Below, one piece after another: positions 18,587 through 28,012 of a stretch of DNA of 64,000 bases. Each line of letters begins with the position of its first letter. Position 1 is the stretch's first letter. Below the pieces are notes generated by a model that searched no databases, had not been told where the DNA came from, and worked only from the letters and a program-made list of their open reading frames with translations. Source of the stretch: Escherichia phage phiWec188. The stretch lies in sequence record LC739537.1. One strand, given 5' to 3'. Position numbers and translations under genes: made by a program.

Positions 18587-18714
18587 AGACACCTCCTCTT
18601 GTTAGTTACAGAGAGTATAATACCGGAACGTTACGATTACAACTACGAAGAACGGGTGATTTTGATTGATAGGTAGGACTTATCTGAAAGGAATAATTGA
18701 TAGGGAACGCTGTA

Positions 18715-18743
18715 TTGACTTTTGCGAAAAAACATGCTACCCT
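18715..18743 (+). promoter_or_regulatory. promoter-like motif TTGACT-N17-TACCCT with TGc extension
   Basis: Shares TTGACTTT ... ATGCTACCCTA with the site at 56383-56412; lies in a 500-bp non-coding gap. Confidence 0.3.
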
Positions 18744-18872
18744 AAACATATGTTTACGAGCGATAGCGAGTAGTGATTTGTATAGTATTATTGCATGTTA
18801 CTCACGATAGGGAGTAAGCAATGTTAGTGAGGTAGACAGACTATGATCAACCATCTACCTACTAACTATCTA

Positions 18873-19076
18873 TTACTCAGAGAAGGTACATTCGAATACA
18901 GTCCAGACTAATATTACAGTCCAAGATGCTAACAGTATTCTGAAGATAGTCCACCAACTAAACACATCTACCGTAATCCAGTGTCCAGCTACCAGTGATC
19001 CTGCTAACCAACCTCCTACAACACTAATAATCCAAATAATAAAAGCTATTACGGAATACGTAGCAAATTTCATCAT
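18873..19076 (-). CDS. small membrane protein
   Basis: 67 aa ORF, two hydrophobic helices; ATGA overlap with upstream gene. Confidence 0.45.
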   Translation of the reverse strand: MMKFATYSVIAFIIWIISVVGGWLAGSLVAGHWITVDVFSWWTIFRILLASWTVILVWTVFECTFSE

Positions 19077-19354
19077 ACACCTCCTCTGTAAAGTTTGTCT
19101 TCTCGTTTAACTTCAATCTTACCATCCTTGTCTACAAGAATCAACACTGAACATGAGTAATATCCTTCTGCAACAGTCTCGATCTGTTCTTCCAGATCCT
19201 TCGTCAATTCTTCTCCCATAAGATAGAAGGCAAACTTCGTGCAATGTAATAACTCTTCCTTGAAGTTAACCATCTTGTAGATGTTCATCCCAGTCTTATG
19301 TTCATCTACTGTCCAACCGCTTGATCGAAGTCTGACTGCTGCGTTATGTCTCAT
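19073..19354 (-). CDS. hypothetical protein
   Basis: 93 aa ORF. Confidence 0.5.
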   Translation of the reverse strand: MRHNAAVRLRSSGWTVDEHKTGMNIYKMVNFKEELLHCTKFAFYLMGEELTKDLEEQIETVAEGYYSCSVLILVDKDGKIEVKREDKLYRGGV

Positions 19355-19490
19355 CGTCCGTTACCATTCAATTGATCACGTAGCTTTTCTGCATCCCGTT
19401 TCTGTGGAAACGTGGCAACAGAGACATTGAACTCATTAACAACAGAAAAGGACTTATCCAGATTTTCACGGATAGTAAAAGGTTTCTTGC

Positions 19491-19844
19491 TCATAATCTC
19501 CCTCCATCTTTAAGACGACTCTTAACCCAGTGCAGACGATCTGGATCTGTGTGTTGTGAAGCATTTTCCGCATCCAGTAAATAAGACTTTCTTCCGAACG
19601 GATATGTTTCACATAGCTCTGCTTCAATAAACTGATTATACATCTCTTTCATAGTATCTTCGATTAAATACCAGTCACCTTCTGGAAGGTCTAAATCATA
19701 CAACCAATACTCAAGATTGCCACACAAGCCTACAGAAGAGCTAAACACGTCTTCCATAACAAGGCCCGTCTCATCTCGATTTTCAGCCCAAGATAACCAA
19801 GCCTGATAAAAATCTAAAAGCAGTTTACTTGATGCAATCTTCAT
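19491..19844 (-). CDS. paralog family A member 1 (FY-WL-W / GLC-NL / PF / RL-WV family)
   Basis: ORF 19491..19880; shares LLDFYQAWLSW, GLCGNLEYW, YPFG, RLHWVKSRL with eight other ORFs in 19-36 kb. Confidence 0.55.
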   Translation of the reverse strand: MKIASSKLLLDFYQAWLSWAENRDETGLVMEDVFSSSVGLCGNLEYWLYDLDLPEGDWYLIEDTMKEMYNQFIEAELCETYPFGRKSYLLDAENASQHTDPDRLHWVKSRLKDGGRL

Positions 19845-19846
19845 AC

Positions 19847-20032
19847 TCACTCTCCTACACTTTCTGGTGTGCCATCCCAAGCACCTAAGACTTCTTTCAG
19901 GTGTGCACGGGGTTCTTTAAAATACTCTTCCATTTTATCCAGAAGATCGTCTGTGTTTGGGCTGTATCCCAACATCCCACGTAAAACTCTTTCTTCTTGC
20001 AAGACCAACCATCTATGATAGCTTCGAATCAT
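19847..20032 (-). CDS. hypothetical protein (start uncertain)
   Basis: ORF 19847..20164 overlaps neighbour; internal ATG at 20032 gives a compact 61-aa gene. Confidence 0.35.
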   Translation of the reverse strand: MIRSYHRWLVLQEERVLRGMLGYSPNTDDLLDKMEEYFKEPRAHLKEVLGAWDGTPESVGE

Positions 20033-20447
20033 AATATTCCTCCAGGAGTTTCTCAATTCTCTGAACGGTCTTAGTATCCCAATAAACCTTCTTAAAGTCA
20101 AGTGTTCCGTGTGCATTTCTTTTTGTTTCGAAGTAATAACCACCTTCGCGCTCCAAGCGATCACGGATCACTTCTATAAGATGATTTTTAGAGTTTTTTG
20201 TCAAGCAATAGTCATACTCTCCTTTTAAGAGATCTATAGAAGGTTGACGGTTATCTCCAACCTGGGAAATCTTCCAGCTAACCAGCGATCCTTGGATACC
20301 AACATCTGTCTGCTTCACAGAGAAGCCTTTTGAACCCCAGCCTCCCAATGTGACCATTGTTAGCGGTTCTCCTGTTAGAGAGCAGCTAAGGGTGTCATTA
20401 CGTGGTCCACCTAAAGTGGAAAACCATTTGAAAATCTTCTTAAACAT
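20013..20447 (-). CDS. hypothetical protein
   Basis: ORF 20013..20486; ATG 20447 preceded by gaggag. Confidence 0.5.
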   Translation of the reverse strand: MFKKIFKWFSTLGGPRNDTLSCSLTGEPLTMVTLGGWGSKGFSVKQTDVGIQGSLVSWKISQVGDNRQPSIDLLKGEYDYCLTKNSKNHLIEVIRDRLEREGGYYFETKRNAHGTLDFKKVYWDTKTVQRIEKLLEEYYDSKLS

Positions 20448-20473
20448 TTTATGCTCCTCTCGTTCAACATGCA

Positions 20474-20504
20474 CAAACAATAACACCCTCCGAAGAGGGT
20501 GTCA
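20474..20504 (-). terminator. intrinsic terminator (minus strand)
   Basis: Minus strand reads acaccctcTTCGgagggtgttattgtttg. Confidence 0.55.
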
Positions 20505-20508
20505 ATGA

Positions 20509-20718
20509 TTACTCGATCACAAAAAACGTAGCATTCAAACGTCTGAATGTCGCAGGGCTATATCCGTGATCACACTCTTCAATGAACTGATCTGTAGTCT
20601 GATCGTAACTATAATACTGATCATTTTGGAAATGGAAGGACGCACAGAACAAATCATCTCCTACAGTCCACACTGCCACAAAGTTCTTACCGAACGGATA
20701 ACCTTCAACTGCTTTCAT
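20509..20718 (-). CDS. hypothetical protein
   Basis: ORF 20509..20736; ATG 20718 preceded by gaggaggg. Confidence 0.5.
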   Translation of the reverse strand: MKAVEGYPFGKNFVAVWTVGDDLFCASFHFQNDQYYSYDQTTDQFIEECDHGYSPATFRRLNATFFVIE

Positions 20719-20729
20719 TTTCCCTCCTC

Positions 20730-20999
20730 TTACCAAGAAACATACATAGAGTAAACAAGATCATTACAGTCTGTCGAGAACGTAGCACTGCAACCTTGAG
20801 ATCTTAATTTGTCACAAATCCCGCGTACAATCGAAGCTTGTAGTTCTTTACCTTGCGGTAGACCTAAAGCTTTCACTGGGTGTTGAATCTGTATGCTGTA
20901 GTAACCCTCTTCGGCTGCTGTTGTGATTAAGGTTTTTGCTCGTTGGATATACTCAAAGTTCACAGAGTCTGCCAAAGCGTGTAAAGAATATGCGTCCAT
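20730..20999 (-). CDS. hypothetical protein
   Basis: 89 aa ORF; gaggagg RBS. Confidence 0.5.
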   Translation of the reverse strand: MDAYSLHALADSVNFEYIQRAKTLITTAAEEGYYSIQIQHPVKALGLPQGKELQASIVRGICDKLRSQGCSATFSTDCNDLVYSMYVSW

Positions 21000-21008
21000 G
21001 TTACCTCC

Positions 21009-21344
21009 TCAAGAACGATCGAGTTTCATTAAAAATACAATCATAGCTGCACGCAGGGGCTTATCGTCTCCACGGGACGGTACACCTTCTGTTTTCGCAA
21101 GCCAACCGCGAGGAAAACCATCTTCCCCTGTTACAGGACTGATACAAATCCTGTGTTTTACTATGATAGCCCAAGCATCTGCTGGATCATTGCAGTAATC
21201 ATACCAAGTGTAATTGCCGTTGCAGTCATTTCCCACTGATCGTCCATCTGCATTGTGCGGATAACCTAAAGGCTTGACACCGTGGACTGCTGCAAACACA
21301 CGCTTGTTGATTTCAAAATCACTCATTACTCCATATTCTGTCAT
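21009..21344 (-). CDS. hypothetical protein
   Basis: 111 aa ORF; ATGA overlap with upstream gene. Confidence 0.5.
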   Translation of the reverse strand: MTEYGVMSDFEINKRVFAAVHGVKPLGYPHNADGRSVGNDCNGNYTWYDYCNDPADAWAIIVKHRICISPVTGEDGFPRGWLAKTEGVPSRGDDKPLRAAMIVFLMKLDRS

Positions 21345-21670
21345 GTTTTCTCCTTGTTTTTGGATACTGGAAGGATGTTGATCATAACTACACCGTTATA
21401 ATCATAAGTATCGTTAATTTGAGTCTCTACTTCCCGAATATCATCCAGAGTGGGAGGCCAATTTGTAAATTGTACATCAATATTCCCCACACCCAGACTC
21501 TTACCCTCCCTCGGCCTGTAGTTGTACACAAAAACCGTATTGTAGGAGAGTTTTTGATGTTTGTTACGCTTCTTAAAAGTGCGGTCTAAGGCGTAGATGC
21601 TTCCTATGACACATACCGCTACAGCAACAACCACAATGTTAAAATAGAGTTCTTGTAGAATTGCACTCAT
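21341..21670 (-). CDS. membrane protein
   Basis: 109 aa ORF with N-terminal TM helix (NIVVVAVAVCVIGSIYAL). Confidence 0.5.
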   Translation of the reverse strand: MSAILQELYFNIVVVAVAVCVIGSIYALDRTFKKRNKHQKLSYNTVFVYNYRPREGKSLGVGNIDVQFTNWPPTLDDIREVETQINDTYDYNGVVMINILPVSKNKEKT

Positions 21671-21672
21671 TG

Positions 21673-22002
21673 TTATTTACCCCCTTTCAGTTTTGATTTA
21701 ACCCATGCCAACCGTTCTTTGTTCATATGTTGCGTGCCGTGCTCATAATCCTGCATATAAGCTAAGTCACCAAATGGGTACAAGGTGTCTTGGAAATCTT
21801 TGAAAAGCATTTCTGCAAATGCTTCGGTAACTTCGTCAATTTCTTTTAATGAAAACCCTTGTTCCAGTAACCAGTAAGACAAAGAGTCGCAAAGCCCAAC
21901 AAGTGTGCTGAAGGGTTTGACATTCTCTCTTTTCGGAGCCACTTCAGCCCAGGCTAACCATGCCTTAAGAAATTGTTGGATAATCACTTCGTTCTTTGTC
22001 AT
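21673..22002 (-). CDS. paralog family A member 2
   Basis: FLKAWLAW, GLCDSLSYW, YPFG, RLAWVKSKL; 109 aa. Confidence 0.55.
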   Translation of the reverse strand: MTKNEVIIQQFLKAWLAWAEVAPKRENVKPFSTLVGLCDSLSYWLLEQGFSLKEIDEVTEAFAEMLFKDFQDTLYPFGDLAYMQDYEHGTQHMNKERLAWVKSKLKGGK

Positions 22003-22010
22003 TTTAGCTC

Positions 22011-22685
22011 CTATTTAATGTTCAGTTTGTTAAGCAGACGTTGAACCGTATAAGGGTGCCATGTGGTACTGCCACGAACAGTTTCAATTTTCTCTTCAGT
22101 AAAGATCTCTGCGATTCGAGTCAGAGATGCTCCTGCTTTCCTCATTAACGTAACTTTATCACGAAGCTTCTCGGCATACAAGGTGCTTTTATCATTTTTT
22201 CGAGATTGTCTGTAATCTTTACGAGACTCTTTATATTTTGGAGATGCAGATCCTAAGAGAATACCTTTGCTCTTAGCTACTGCCAAACCTTTTTTGATAC
22301 GATCTGCCATACCACGTACTTCCTGTTCTGCAAGGACAGATAGAAGCTGAATAACCATCTTGTCTGCATCCGGCATGATCGCAATCTTAACGTCAATCAT
22401 TTCCAAGAGGATTGCTACCGAGGCGTTGTTACGACCTAAACGGTCCACTTTAGCTACCAAAAGCGTTGCTCCTGTAGCTTTACACATCTCAACAGCCTTG
22501 ACAAGTTCTTTACGTTGCTTCCAGTCGCCTTTACCTGAATAAAATTCAGAAAACTCTCCGATCACTTCAGCCTCCGGCACAGATTCCAAGAAATAACGGA
22601 TATCGTTTTCCTGGCTCTGCATACCATACTGGGCTTCACCTTTCTTCTGTTTAGACAAACGGCTGTAAACAACAAACTTTTTCAT
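22011..22685 (-). CDS. serine recombinase (resolvase/invertase family) with C-terminal HTH
   Basis: N-terminal YSRLS with catalytic Ser context, VAKVDRLGRN motif, C-terminal HTH-like GASLTRIAEIF; about 224 aa. Confidence 0.7.
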   Translation of the reverse strand: MKKFVVYSRLSKQKKGEAQYGMQSQENDIRYFLESVPEAEVIGEFSEFYSGKGDWKQRKELVKAVEMCKATGATLLVAKVDRLGRNNASVAILLEMIDVKIAIMPDADKMVIQLLSVLAEQEVRGMADRIKKGLAVAKSKGILLGSASPKYKESRKDYRQSRKNDKSTLYAEKLRDKVTLMRKAGASLTRIAEIFTEEKIETVRGSTTWHPYTVQRLLNKLNIK

Positions 22686-22695
22686 GATCAACTCC

Positions 22696-22923
22696 TCAAT
22701 CGTTATCAGGATTCCATTTTACAAACTTGAAGCAGTTATTGTCAAGGAATTTATTGGCATCTTTTTCCTGTTTCCAAACGGTGCATTGTTCTTTAAGGGC
22801 TATCTGCTCATTCTGCACGTCTGATACCGCATTAGCAAAGAGGATCAGAAATCCAAAAAAGACCAACATCAATAACAGATTAAAGAAAGTTTGAAAACTC
22901 ATACATCCTCCCATTTGATCCAC
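22696..22923 (-). CDS. small membrane protein
   Basis: 75 aa ORF with hydrophobic core (FNLLLMLVFFGFLILFA). Confidence 0.45.
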   Translation of the reverse strand: MDQMGGCMSFQTFFNLLLMLVFFGFLILFANAVSDVQNEQIALKEQCTVWKQEKDANKFLDNNCFKFVKWNPDND

Positions 22924-23153
22924 AGAATCATTTCTTCAACGTAAACCTCTTTACCTTTGTTATTGATGAAAGTGTATTCTATGAACTCCGCTGTATACTT
23001 TTTGTTGTATTGCTCCGCTGCTGGGATCGGACACTTTGTCATACGTGTCTCAACCCATTGACGATGAATCGTTGCCTTGTTTTTGGGGTCAAACGGGTGT
23101 AAATAGTGCGGTTCTCCCTCTTGACTATGCCCCATTTTATTCTTCTTCGCCAT
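22899..23153 (-). CDS. hypothetical protein
   Basis: ORF 22899..23273; ATG 23153 preceded by ggaggagg; avoids long overlap with upstream gene. Confidence 0.45.
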   Translation of the reverse strand: MAKKNKMGHSQEGEPHYLHPFDPKNKATIHRQWVETRMTKCPIPAAEQYNKKYTAEFIEYTFINNKGKEVYVEEMILWIKWEDV

Positions 23154-23481
23154 GCTGCACCTCCTCCAGACGGTCATACACCCAAGCAAGACGATCGAAG
23201 TTTTTGTGTTGGGTGCCGGACTTCTTCTCAATCCAATAACAAGGAATCCAACCTGACAGATCCCACTCGCCATCGAACGGATAGTTCCATTCTAAACCTT
23301 CCGCTTCAAACTGCTCTACCATTTCATCAGAGAGGGAAAGATACAAATCTTGGTCTTCCCCGCAATACACTTCCACTGCATGACACAAACCGCAAGCTTT
23401 GATGTTTTCGTTCGGATCTTGGCTCATAGCCTGATCCAACCACCACTCATAAAATTCCAGTAAAGCTTCACTTGACCTCAT
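23137..23481 (-). CDS. paralog family A member 3
   Basis: LLEFYEWWL, GLCHAVEVY, YPFDG, RLAWVYDRL; ATG 23481 with RBS. Confidence 0.55.
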   Translation of the reverse strand: MRSSEALLEFYEWWLDQAMSQDPNENIKACGLCHAVEVYCGEDQDLYLSLSDEMVEQFEAEGLEWNYPFDGEWDLSGWIPCYWIEKKSGTQHKNFDRLAWVYDRLEEVQHGEEE

Positions 23482-23854
23482 TTTCTTCCCCTCCCCCTTT
23501 TCCAATAAGCGGCGAAGCCGCGATCATCGACTTATAGACAACTTCGGCTGTTCGGGTTAGCCCCGTCCAGTCCTTCGCTGCCTCCAACATTTCTGGGGTA
23601 GGCTCTTTCGGGACCAAGACATACCCTTCTGGGATACACATTCCACTCGCTTTCTTTTCAGCTTCTTCCGACATAACTTGCCACACTCCGTAGCTGCAAT
23701 TCTCGAACAAACAATAGAGTTCAGATCCTTCATCATCCACGACAATGAAACAGTTCTCATCTGCTACTTTGGCGTTGTAAATCCGACCTATGGTCAAATA
23801 GTCTCGGACATTAATAAACTTAGAGGCAAGAAACTTCACACGAATGTTTTTCAT
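23468..23854 (-). CDS. hypothetical protein
   Basis: 128 aa ORF. Confidence 0.5.
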   Translation of the reverse strand: MKNIRVKFLASKFINVRDYLTIGRIYNAKVADENCFIVVDDEGSELYCLFENCSYGVWQVMSEEAEKKASGMCIPEGYVLVPKEPTPEMLEAAKDWTGLTRTAEVVYKSMIAASPLIGKGGGEENEVK

Positions 23855-24090
23855 TTCTTAAACTCCGAAAAGCAACCCAAAGAGATGACCCCGCCATTAT
23901 AGACGATAGCAAACTGGCACCCTGTCTTTGTGTCTGTGATGATGTAATCTAAAGCCCCAGTCATGCCAGTTTGAACAAAGCGATCCTTGGTTACAACTTT
24001 TGAGTCCGAGAAGCCGTTAACTTCCGGCACAGTGTCTGCCATAACAGCAGGAGTCACCAGAAACAATGCGATCAGTAATGCCTTTTTCAT
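23851..24090 (-). CDS. small secreted protein (signal peptide)
   Basis: MKKALLIALFLVTPAVMADT signal-peptide-like N-terminus; 79 aa. Confidence 0.5.
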   Translation of the reverse strand: MKKALLIALFLVTPAVMADTVPEVNGFSDSKVVTKDRFVQTGMTGALDYIITDTKTGCQFAIVYNGGVISLGCFSEFKK

Positions 24091-24111
24091 AAACCCTCCA
24101 GTAACCTTTGG

Positions 24112-24426
24112 TTAGCCTTGAAATGAATTGCGACGACCAATACGGGCACAGCGATCACCTTCATAAGAGGTGAAATCCAAACTCACTCGGAAGCCAGGGT
24201 GGGTATCAGAGATCCCCACATTCTTCACCCACATCTCGAAACTGCCGATATGTAAGGTCATAATGTTTACATACCATTCCAGCGTCACTTCTGTGCCGTC
24301 TACACCTGTGATGTAAAACTCACGAGCGAAATGGGTGTCGTGCTTCTCTTTCTGACGCTCATACTTAGCGATTGCACCTTTCTCAACAGCCGCTTTCAGG
24401 ATCACTTCTAATTCTTCTATTTGCAT
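24112..24426 (-). CDS. hypothetical protein
   Basis: 104 aa ORF; gaggagag RBS. Confidence 0.5.
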   Translation of the reverse strand: MQIEELEVILKAAVEKGAIAKYERQKEKHDTHFAREFYITGVDGTEVTLEWYVNIMTLHIGSFEMWVKNVGISDTHPGFRVSLDFTSYEGDRCARIGRRNSFQG

Positions 24427-24481
24427 GTTCTCTCTCCTCTTGTTGTTGATGCAATCACTATAATATGTCTGACACTCTCTG

Positions 24482-24697
24482 TCAAATGTTTTCTGCTTCC
24501 AGTACTACTCTCTGGATCTGCACATCATCAATGTTTGCAAGACAAGTCCCTAAGATAAGACCTGCTCGGAAAGGGGCTTGGAATTTGGACGAAGCTCCCA
24601 CTCGGACAGAGTATTCCACACCACACATGGTGTAATCTACACGATACATATTCAAACCCATGAACATCAGTTCTTCTTCCGACTCTTCGATTTGCAT
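24482..24697 (-). CDS. hypothetical protein
   Basis: 71 aa ORF; gaggag RBS. Confidence 0.45.
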   Translation of the reverse strand: MQIEESEEELMFMGLNMYRVDYTMCGVEYSVRVGASSKFQAPFRAGLILGTCLANIDDVQIQRVVLEAENI

Positions 24698-24709
24698 TTT
24701 TATCTCCTC

Positions 24710-25264
24710 TTAGTTCCAACTTATAATGATGTGTTTGATAATCCCAAAAATACTGTGCTCTGCGTTTGCCAACGTTACATCCAAACCTTTTGCACGTAAC
24801 ATTGTAGCTACAACATTTACCCCTCTTTTCTGTTCACTTATCTGCTCATAAGAAGAAGGGCTATTGCACAAACCAAAACTGGAAGGTTCAAAGTATTTTT
24901 CAAACTTCCCTTGCTCCGCACAATCTTCGATCTCTAACAGAACGGAGTCTACCATCTCTGTAAAATGAGAATTTGCTTGCAGTGCTTTATTACGCAGTTT
25001 ATCACGTAAACTTCCCACATACGCTTCCTGACCTTCTTCCTGCTCTTCTTCGTAAAAAGGATGAAGTTCAGCCCACTCCCAAACATCTCCCTCTAAAGCA
25101 AACGTGGTGTTGTAGTTGAAGAAGGTGCAACGTGGAAGTTCCCCGTTGAAAGAGTCCTTCAGCAAAATGTATTTCTTACCATTTGCGTGGAAGAGTTCTC
25201 CTTTGATAACCTTGCCTCTCTGGATATCGCTGTTGGTGGAACGGGTGCAGATAAACTGTTTCAT
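24710..25264 (-). CDS. hypothetical protein
   Basis: 184 aa ORF; gaggag RBS. Confidence 0.55.
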   Translation of the reverse strand: MKQFICTRSTNSDIQRGKVIKGELFHANGKKYILLKDSFNGELPRCTFFNYNTTFALEGDVWEWAELHPFYEEEQEEGQEAYVGSLRDKLRNKALQANSHFTEMVDSVLLEIEDCAEQGKFEKYFEPSSFGLCNSPSSYEQISEQKRGVNVVATMLRAKGLDVTLANAEHSIFGIIKHIIISWN

Positions 25265-25318
25265 GATTTTCTCCTCTCTGTTTCGATGAGATGATTATGC
25301 CAAAGACAGATCCTTCTG

Positions 25319-25645
25319 TCAACCAATTATTTCTTCTGCTACACGTTCTTTTACCCAGTTCACACGATCCACATTCAAATGACAACGGCTTTTTTCCGCT
25401 TCTAAGGTGTACTTTCCAAAATTACTATTGAAAGGCAACACCATAACCAAATCTTTGTGGTAGAACTGCTCATGCATTTCATCCAGTACAGGTTCGTATC
25501 GTTCGCTTTCTCCCATATCGTAAAAATCATAGAGGTTCGTGCACAAACCTGTGCAACGGGTGAACGGTTTACCTTCAGGAGCACCAGCTTCCAACCATGC
25601 CAAATACGTGCGGTAAAATGTTAATAGTTCTTCGCTCATTTCCAC
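25319..25645 (-). CDS. paralog family A member 4
   Basis: LLTFYRTYLAWLEAGAP, GLCTNLYDF, LPFN, RVNWVKERV; 108 aa. Confidence 0.55.
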   Translation of the reverse strand: MEMSEELLTFYRTYLAWLEAGAPEGKPFTRCTGLCTNLYDFYDMGESERYEPVLDEMHEQFYHKDLVMVLPFNSNFGKYTLEAEKSRCHLNVDRVNWVKERVAEEIIG

Positions 25646-25848
25646 TCTCCTTCGTGATAGTAAACCTCAAAAGAATAGTAAGTGAACATGCTCATTGTAA
25701 CACCTCCCATTTCTGGATCAACGGAAGTGTTGTTATATATGTCAACTACTGCCTGACCCGCTGCTTTGGCATGTGCTGCCGAATCACAGGCACAAACATC
25801 TTTCTCCCACGGAAACTTGCCATCATACTTAAGACGGACAATCCACAT
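25636..25848 (-). CDS. hypothetical protein
   Basis: 70 aa ORF. Confidence 0.45.
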   Translation of the reverse strand: MWIVRLKYDGKFPWEKDVCACDSAAHAKAAGQAVVDIYNNTSVDPEMGGVTMSMFTYYSFEVYYHEGEWK

Positions 25849-25850
25849 GC

Positions 25851-26078
25851 TTATTCCTCCATCTCAAACCATTCAGGGAACACTTTACGGAAGACACGGG
25901 TTGTTTCCAAAAGGAATTCCAATTCTTTTTCCAGATCTGCGTTCCAATCATGCACTTTAACATTGATCGCCAATGCACTTGCACGACGACTCAATTCTTG
26001 ACAGATCGGGTCGCGCAACACTATTGAATCATAAAACTGACAAACAGCTTCAAGTTCATACCAATTATAAGCAGCCAT
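25851..26078 (-). CDS. hypothetical protein
   Basis: 75 aa ORF. Confidence 0.45.
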   Translation of the reverse strand: MAAYNWYELEAVCQFYDSIVLRDPICQELSRRASALAINVKVHDWNADLEKELEFLLETTRVFRKVFPEWFEMEE

Positions 26079-26404
26079 TATTCATCCTCCTCTGCAATAC
26101 GATCTCTCACCCAATTAATCCTGTCCACGTTCAGGTGACAGGCATCTGCGTCTGACTCTAAAACATATGCATCATAGTTCTCATTGAAAGGGAGTTCTTG
26201 ACTCAACCCTTTATAGTGGAACTGCGCGTGCATTTCATCTGATAAGGTTGTTATAATAGGATTGTAATTATCTCTGTGCACGTAATCGAACAAATTGGCA
26301 CACAAACCACAATTTGGCAGAAACGGTCTACCGTAAGGGGCACCATCTTCGATCCAGGCAAGGTACTTTTTGTAAAACTTCATCAGATCTTTACTTGTTT
26401 TCAT
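26078..26404 (-). CDS. paralog family A member 5
   Basis: LMKFYKKYLAWIEDGAP, GLCANLFDY, LPFN, RINWVRDRI; about 50 percent identical to member 4. Confidence 0.55.
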   Translation of the reverse strand: MKTSKDLMKFYKKYLAWIEDGAPYGRPFLPNCGLCANLFDYVHRDNYNPIITTLSDEMHAQFHYKGLSQELPFNENYDAYVLESDADACHLNVDRINWVRDRIAEEDE

Positions 26405-26642
26405 TTAGCCACCTCGTCAGTTTTTCTTGCTCTTTGTTTGCGCGTTCTAAGCTTCTAAACTTTGAACAAAGGGAAAGAGTATCCATACCCATGCACAAGC
26501 TTTCATCTAAACTGTGCTCCCCGACCAACCAAAGAGAATATGTTTGAACATCTAACCCGTAGTTTCTGTCTTTCCATAATCTGACCCCAACAACATCAAA
26601 AGGCGCTTCCGCGACTAAAGAAAGAAACCGATCTTTATTCAT
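26391..26642 (-). CDS. hypothetical protein
   Basis: 83 aa ORF. Confidence 0.45.
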   Translation of the reverse strand: MNKDRFLSLVAEAPFDVVGVRLWKDRNYGLDVQTYSLWLVGEHSLDESLCMGMDTLSLCSKFRSLERANKEQEKLTRWLNENK

Positions 26643-26643
26643 G

Positions 26644-26988
26644 TTACACCACCTCTACCACATGAATGGACACATCGTCACGGTAGTATTTATCATCCCC
26701 GTAAATCTGACCCAAACGTACACATGCGTCGTAGATAGAAAGGGCTGGGATCTGATAAGTTTTAATACTGCCGTTATCTTTTGTATATCGGATTTCGAAG
26801 AGACGCATCACATCTTCAGCTACCACCTCAAAAGTGGCGCACCCCATTCTCAACTCAATAACACAATCTGTTCCGTCATCACTATTGATCCAGTAGTAAT
26901 CTACATCCTCGTCCGTATTTGTCACAGGGTATTGCTTACCAACAGTGAAATATGGAACGGAAGATGATACGCACAAAAGTTTAGTCAT
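26644..26988 (-). CDS. hypothetical protein
   Basis: ORF 26644..27045; ATG 26988 preceded by aaggagag. Confidence 0.5.
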   Translation of the reverse strand: MTKLLCVSSSVPYFTVGKQYPVTNTDEDVDYYWINSDDGTDCVIELRMGCATFEVVAEDVMRLFEIRYTKDNGSIKTYQIPALSIYDACVRLGQIYGDDKYYRDDVSIHVVEVV

Positions 26989-27048
26989 TTTTCTCTCCTT
27001 ATTGTCTTGATGTGGTAAGCATACCATACAGAAATCAGGTGTCAAGCT

Positions 27049-27249
27049 TTATCGACACAGATAGTTGTAACGATCTGCTTTATCCTCTGCTTCAGCAAAG
27101 TCAGCAATCAAGGAAGTTTTGAGTTCTTCCAACTCTTTCACCCAAGAGTCGTAATCACTCTGTGTTTCCCCAATGGTTTGGAGAAAACAATCGTCGTAGC
27201 CGATAGACATGGCTAACTCGATAATACGTTCCAGTTTTTCTTCCATCAT
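27049..27249 (-). CDS. hypothetical protein
   Basis: 66 aa ORF; ATGA overlap with upstream gene. Confidence 0.45.
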   Translation of the reverse strand: MMEEKLERIIELAMSIGYDDCFLQTIGETQSDYDSWVKELEELKTSLIADFAEAEDKADRYNYLCR

Positions 27250-27770
27250 TTCTCTCCTTCTACAGATTCTTGCTTAATATGATAATAGGCACCCCGTGCC
27301 AGATACACTTCGTGTTCTACATCGCTGATCGGGAACCCATCAGGACTGGAAAGTCCTTGCTCAATAGTGAGAATAAGGCTTCGCAAACTAAGAGCCAGCA
27401 ATTCTATACGTGCTTCAAGCACACGGTTGTGTTTACGAGAAATATCGTAGTTGCGCTGCGCTTCCTTCCATTGTTCAACGGCATGTTCCAGACTACGGAG
27501 AAGGGTAGCTTTCTCCTGTTCAGCCTTAGATACTTCCCAGTTCACAGAAGTGTCAGCAGGAACAAGAATGAAAGGTTCTTCTTTCTCTCCCACAATAGAC
27601 CAACGCCCCAGCTTACTATCTTTCAATGTATCCCACGCATAGTCCCCATCGTCACAAGTAAATCGGAATACCTCTCCTTCCTTGTCCTCCCATTCAGCCT
27701 CGTAAGTTTTACCAGTGGTAACAAAGGAATGCTTAGAGAGACTACAGTAAACAGCGAATACCTTGCTCAT
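27246..27770 (-). CDS. hypothetical protein
   Basis: 174 aa ORF; gaggagg RBS. Confidence 0.55.
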   Translation of the reverse strand: MSKVFAVYCSLSKHSFVTTGKTYEAEWEDKEGEVFRFTCDDGDYAWDTLKDSKLGRWSIVGEKEEPFILVPADTSVNWEVSKAEQEKATLLRSLEHAVEQWKEAQRNYDISRKHNRVLEARIELLALSLRSLILTIEQGLSSPDGFPISDVEHEVYLARGAYYHIKQESVEGEK

Positions 27771-28012
27771 TCTACCTCCTCATTGGAGATTACAGACAAA
27801 GAGAGCGTAGCTAAACCTACAGAGATTGCTCGCCCCTCGTCAATAGCTTCGTTAATCATATAACTTACCAAACTGGTAGTGGCAAAATCACCATCTTCGG
27901 TAAGGCGAAACACTTCTTGATCCGGTTCGGTAATGAAAGGCAGAAGGTATTCTTTCTTTGTATCCAGGAAACGTACTACATGGAATAAACGGGTTTTATT
28001 TCCGTAAGACAT
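27767..28012 (-). CDS. hypothetical protein
   Basis: ORF 27767..28132; ATG 28012 preceded by aaggagag. Confidence 0.45.
   Translation of the reverse strand: MSYGNKTRLFHVVRFLDTKKEYLLPFITEPDQEVFRLTEDGDFATTSLVSYMINEAIDEGRAISVGLATLSLSVISNEEVE

Noticed and set aside
22011-22685. Serine recombinase as the integrase of a temperate phage or prophage boundary
   Set aside because: No attachment-site-like direct repeats, tRNA or host-like flanking genes are visible; the surrounding content is uniformly phage-like, so a lysogeny role is not supported here.
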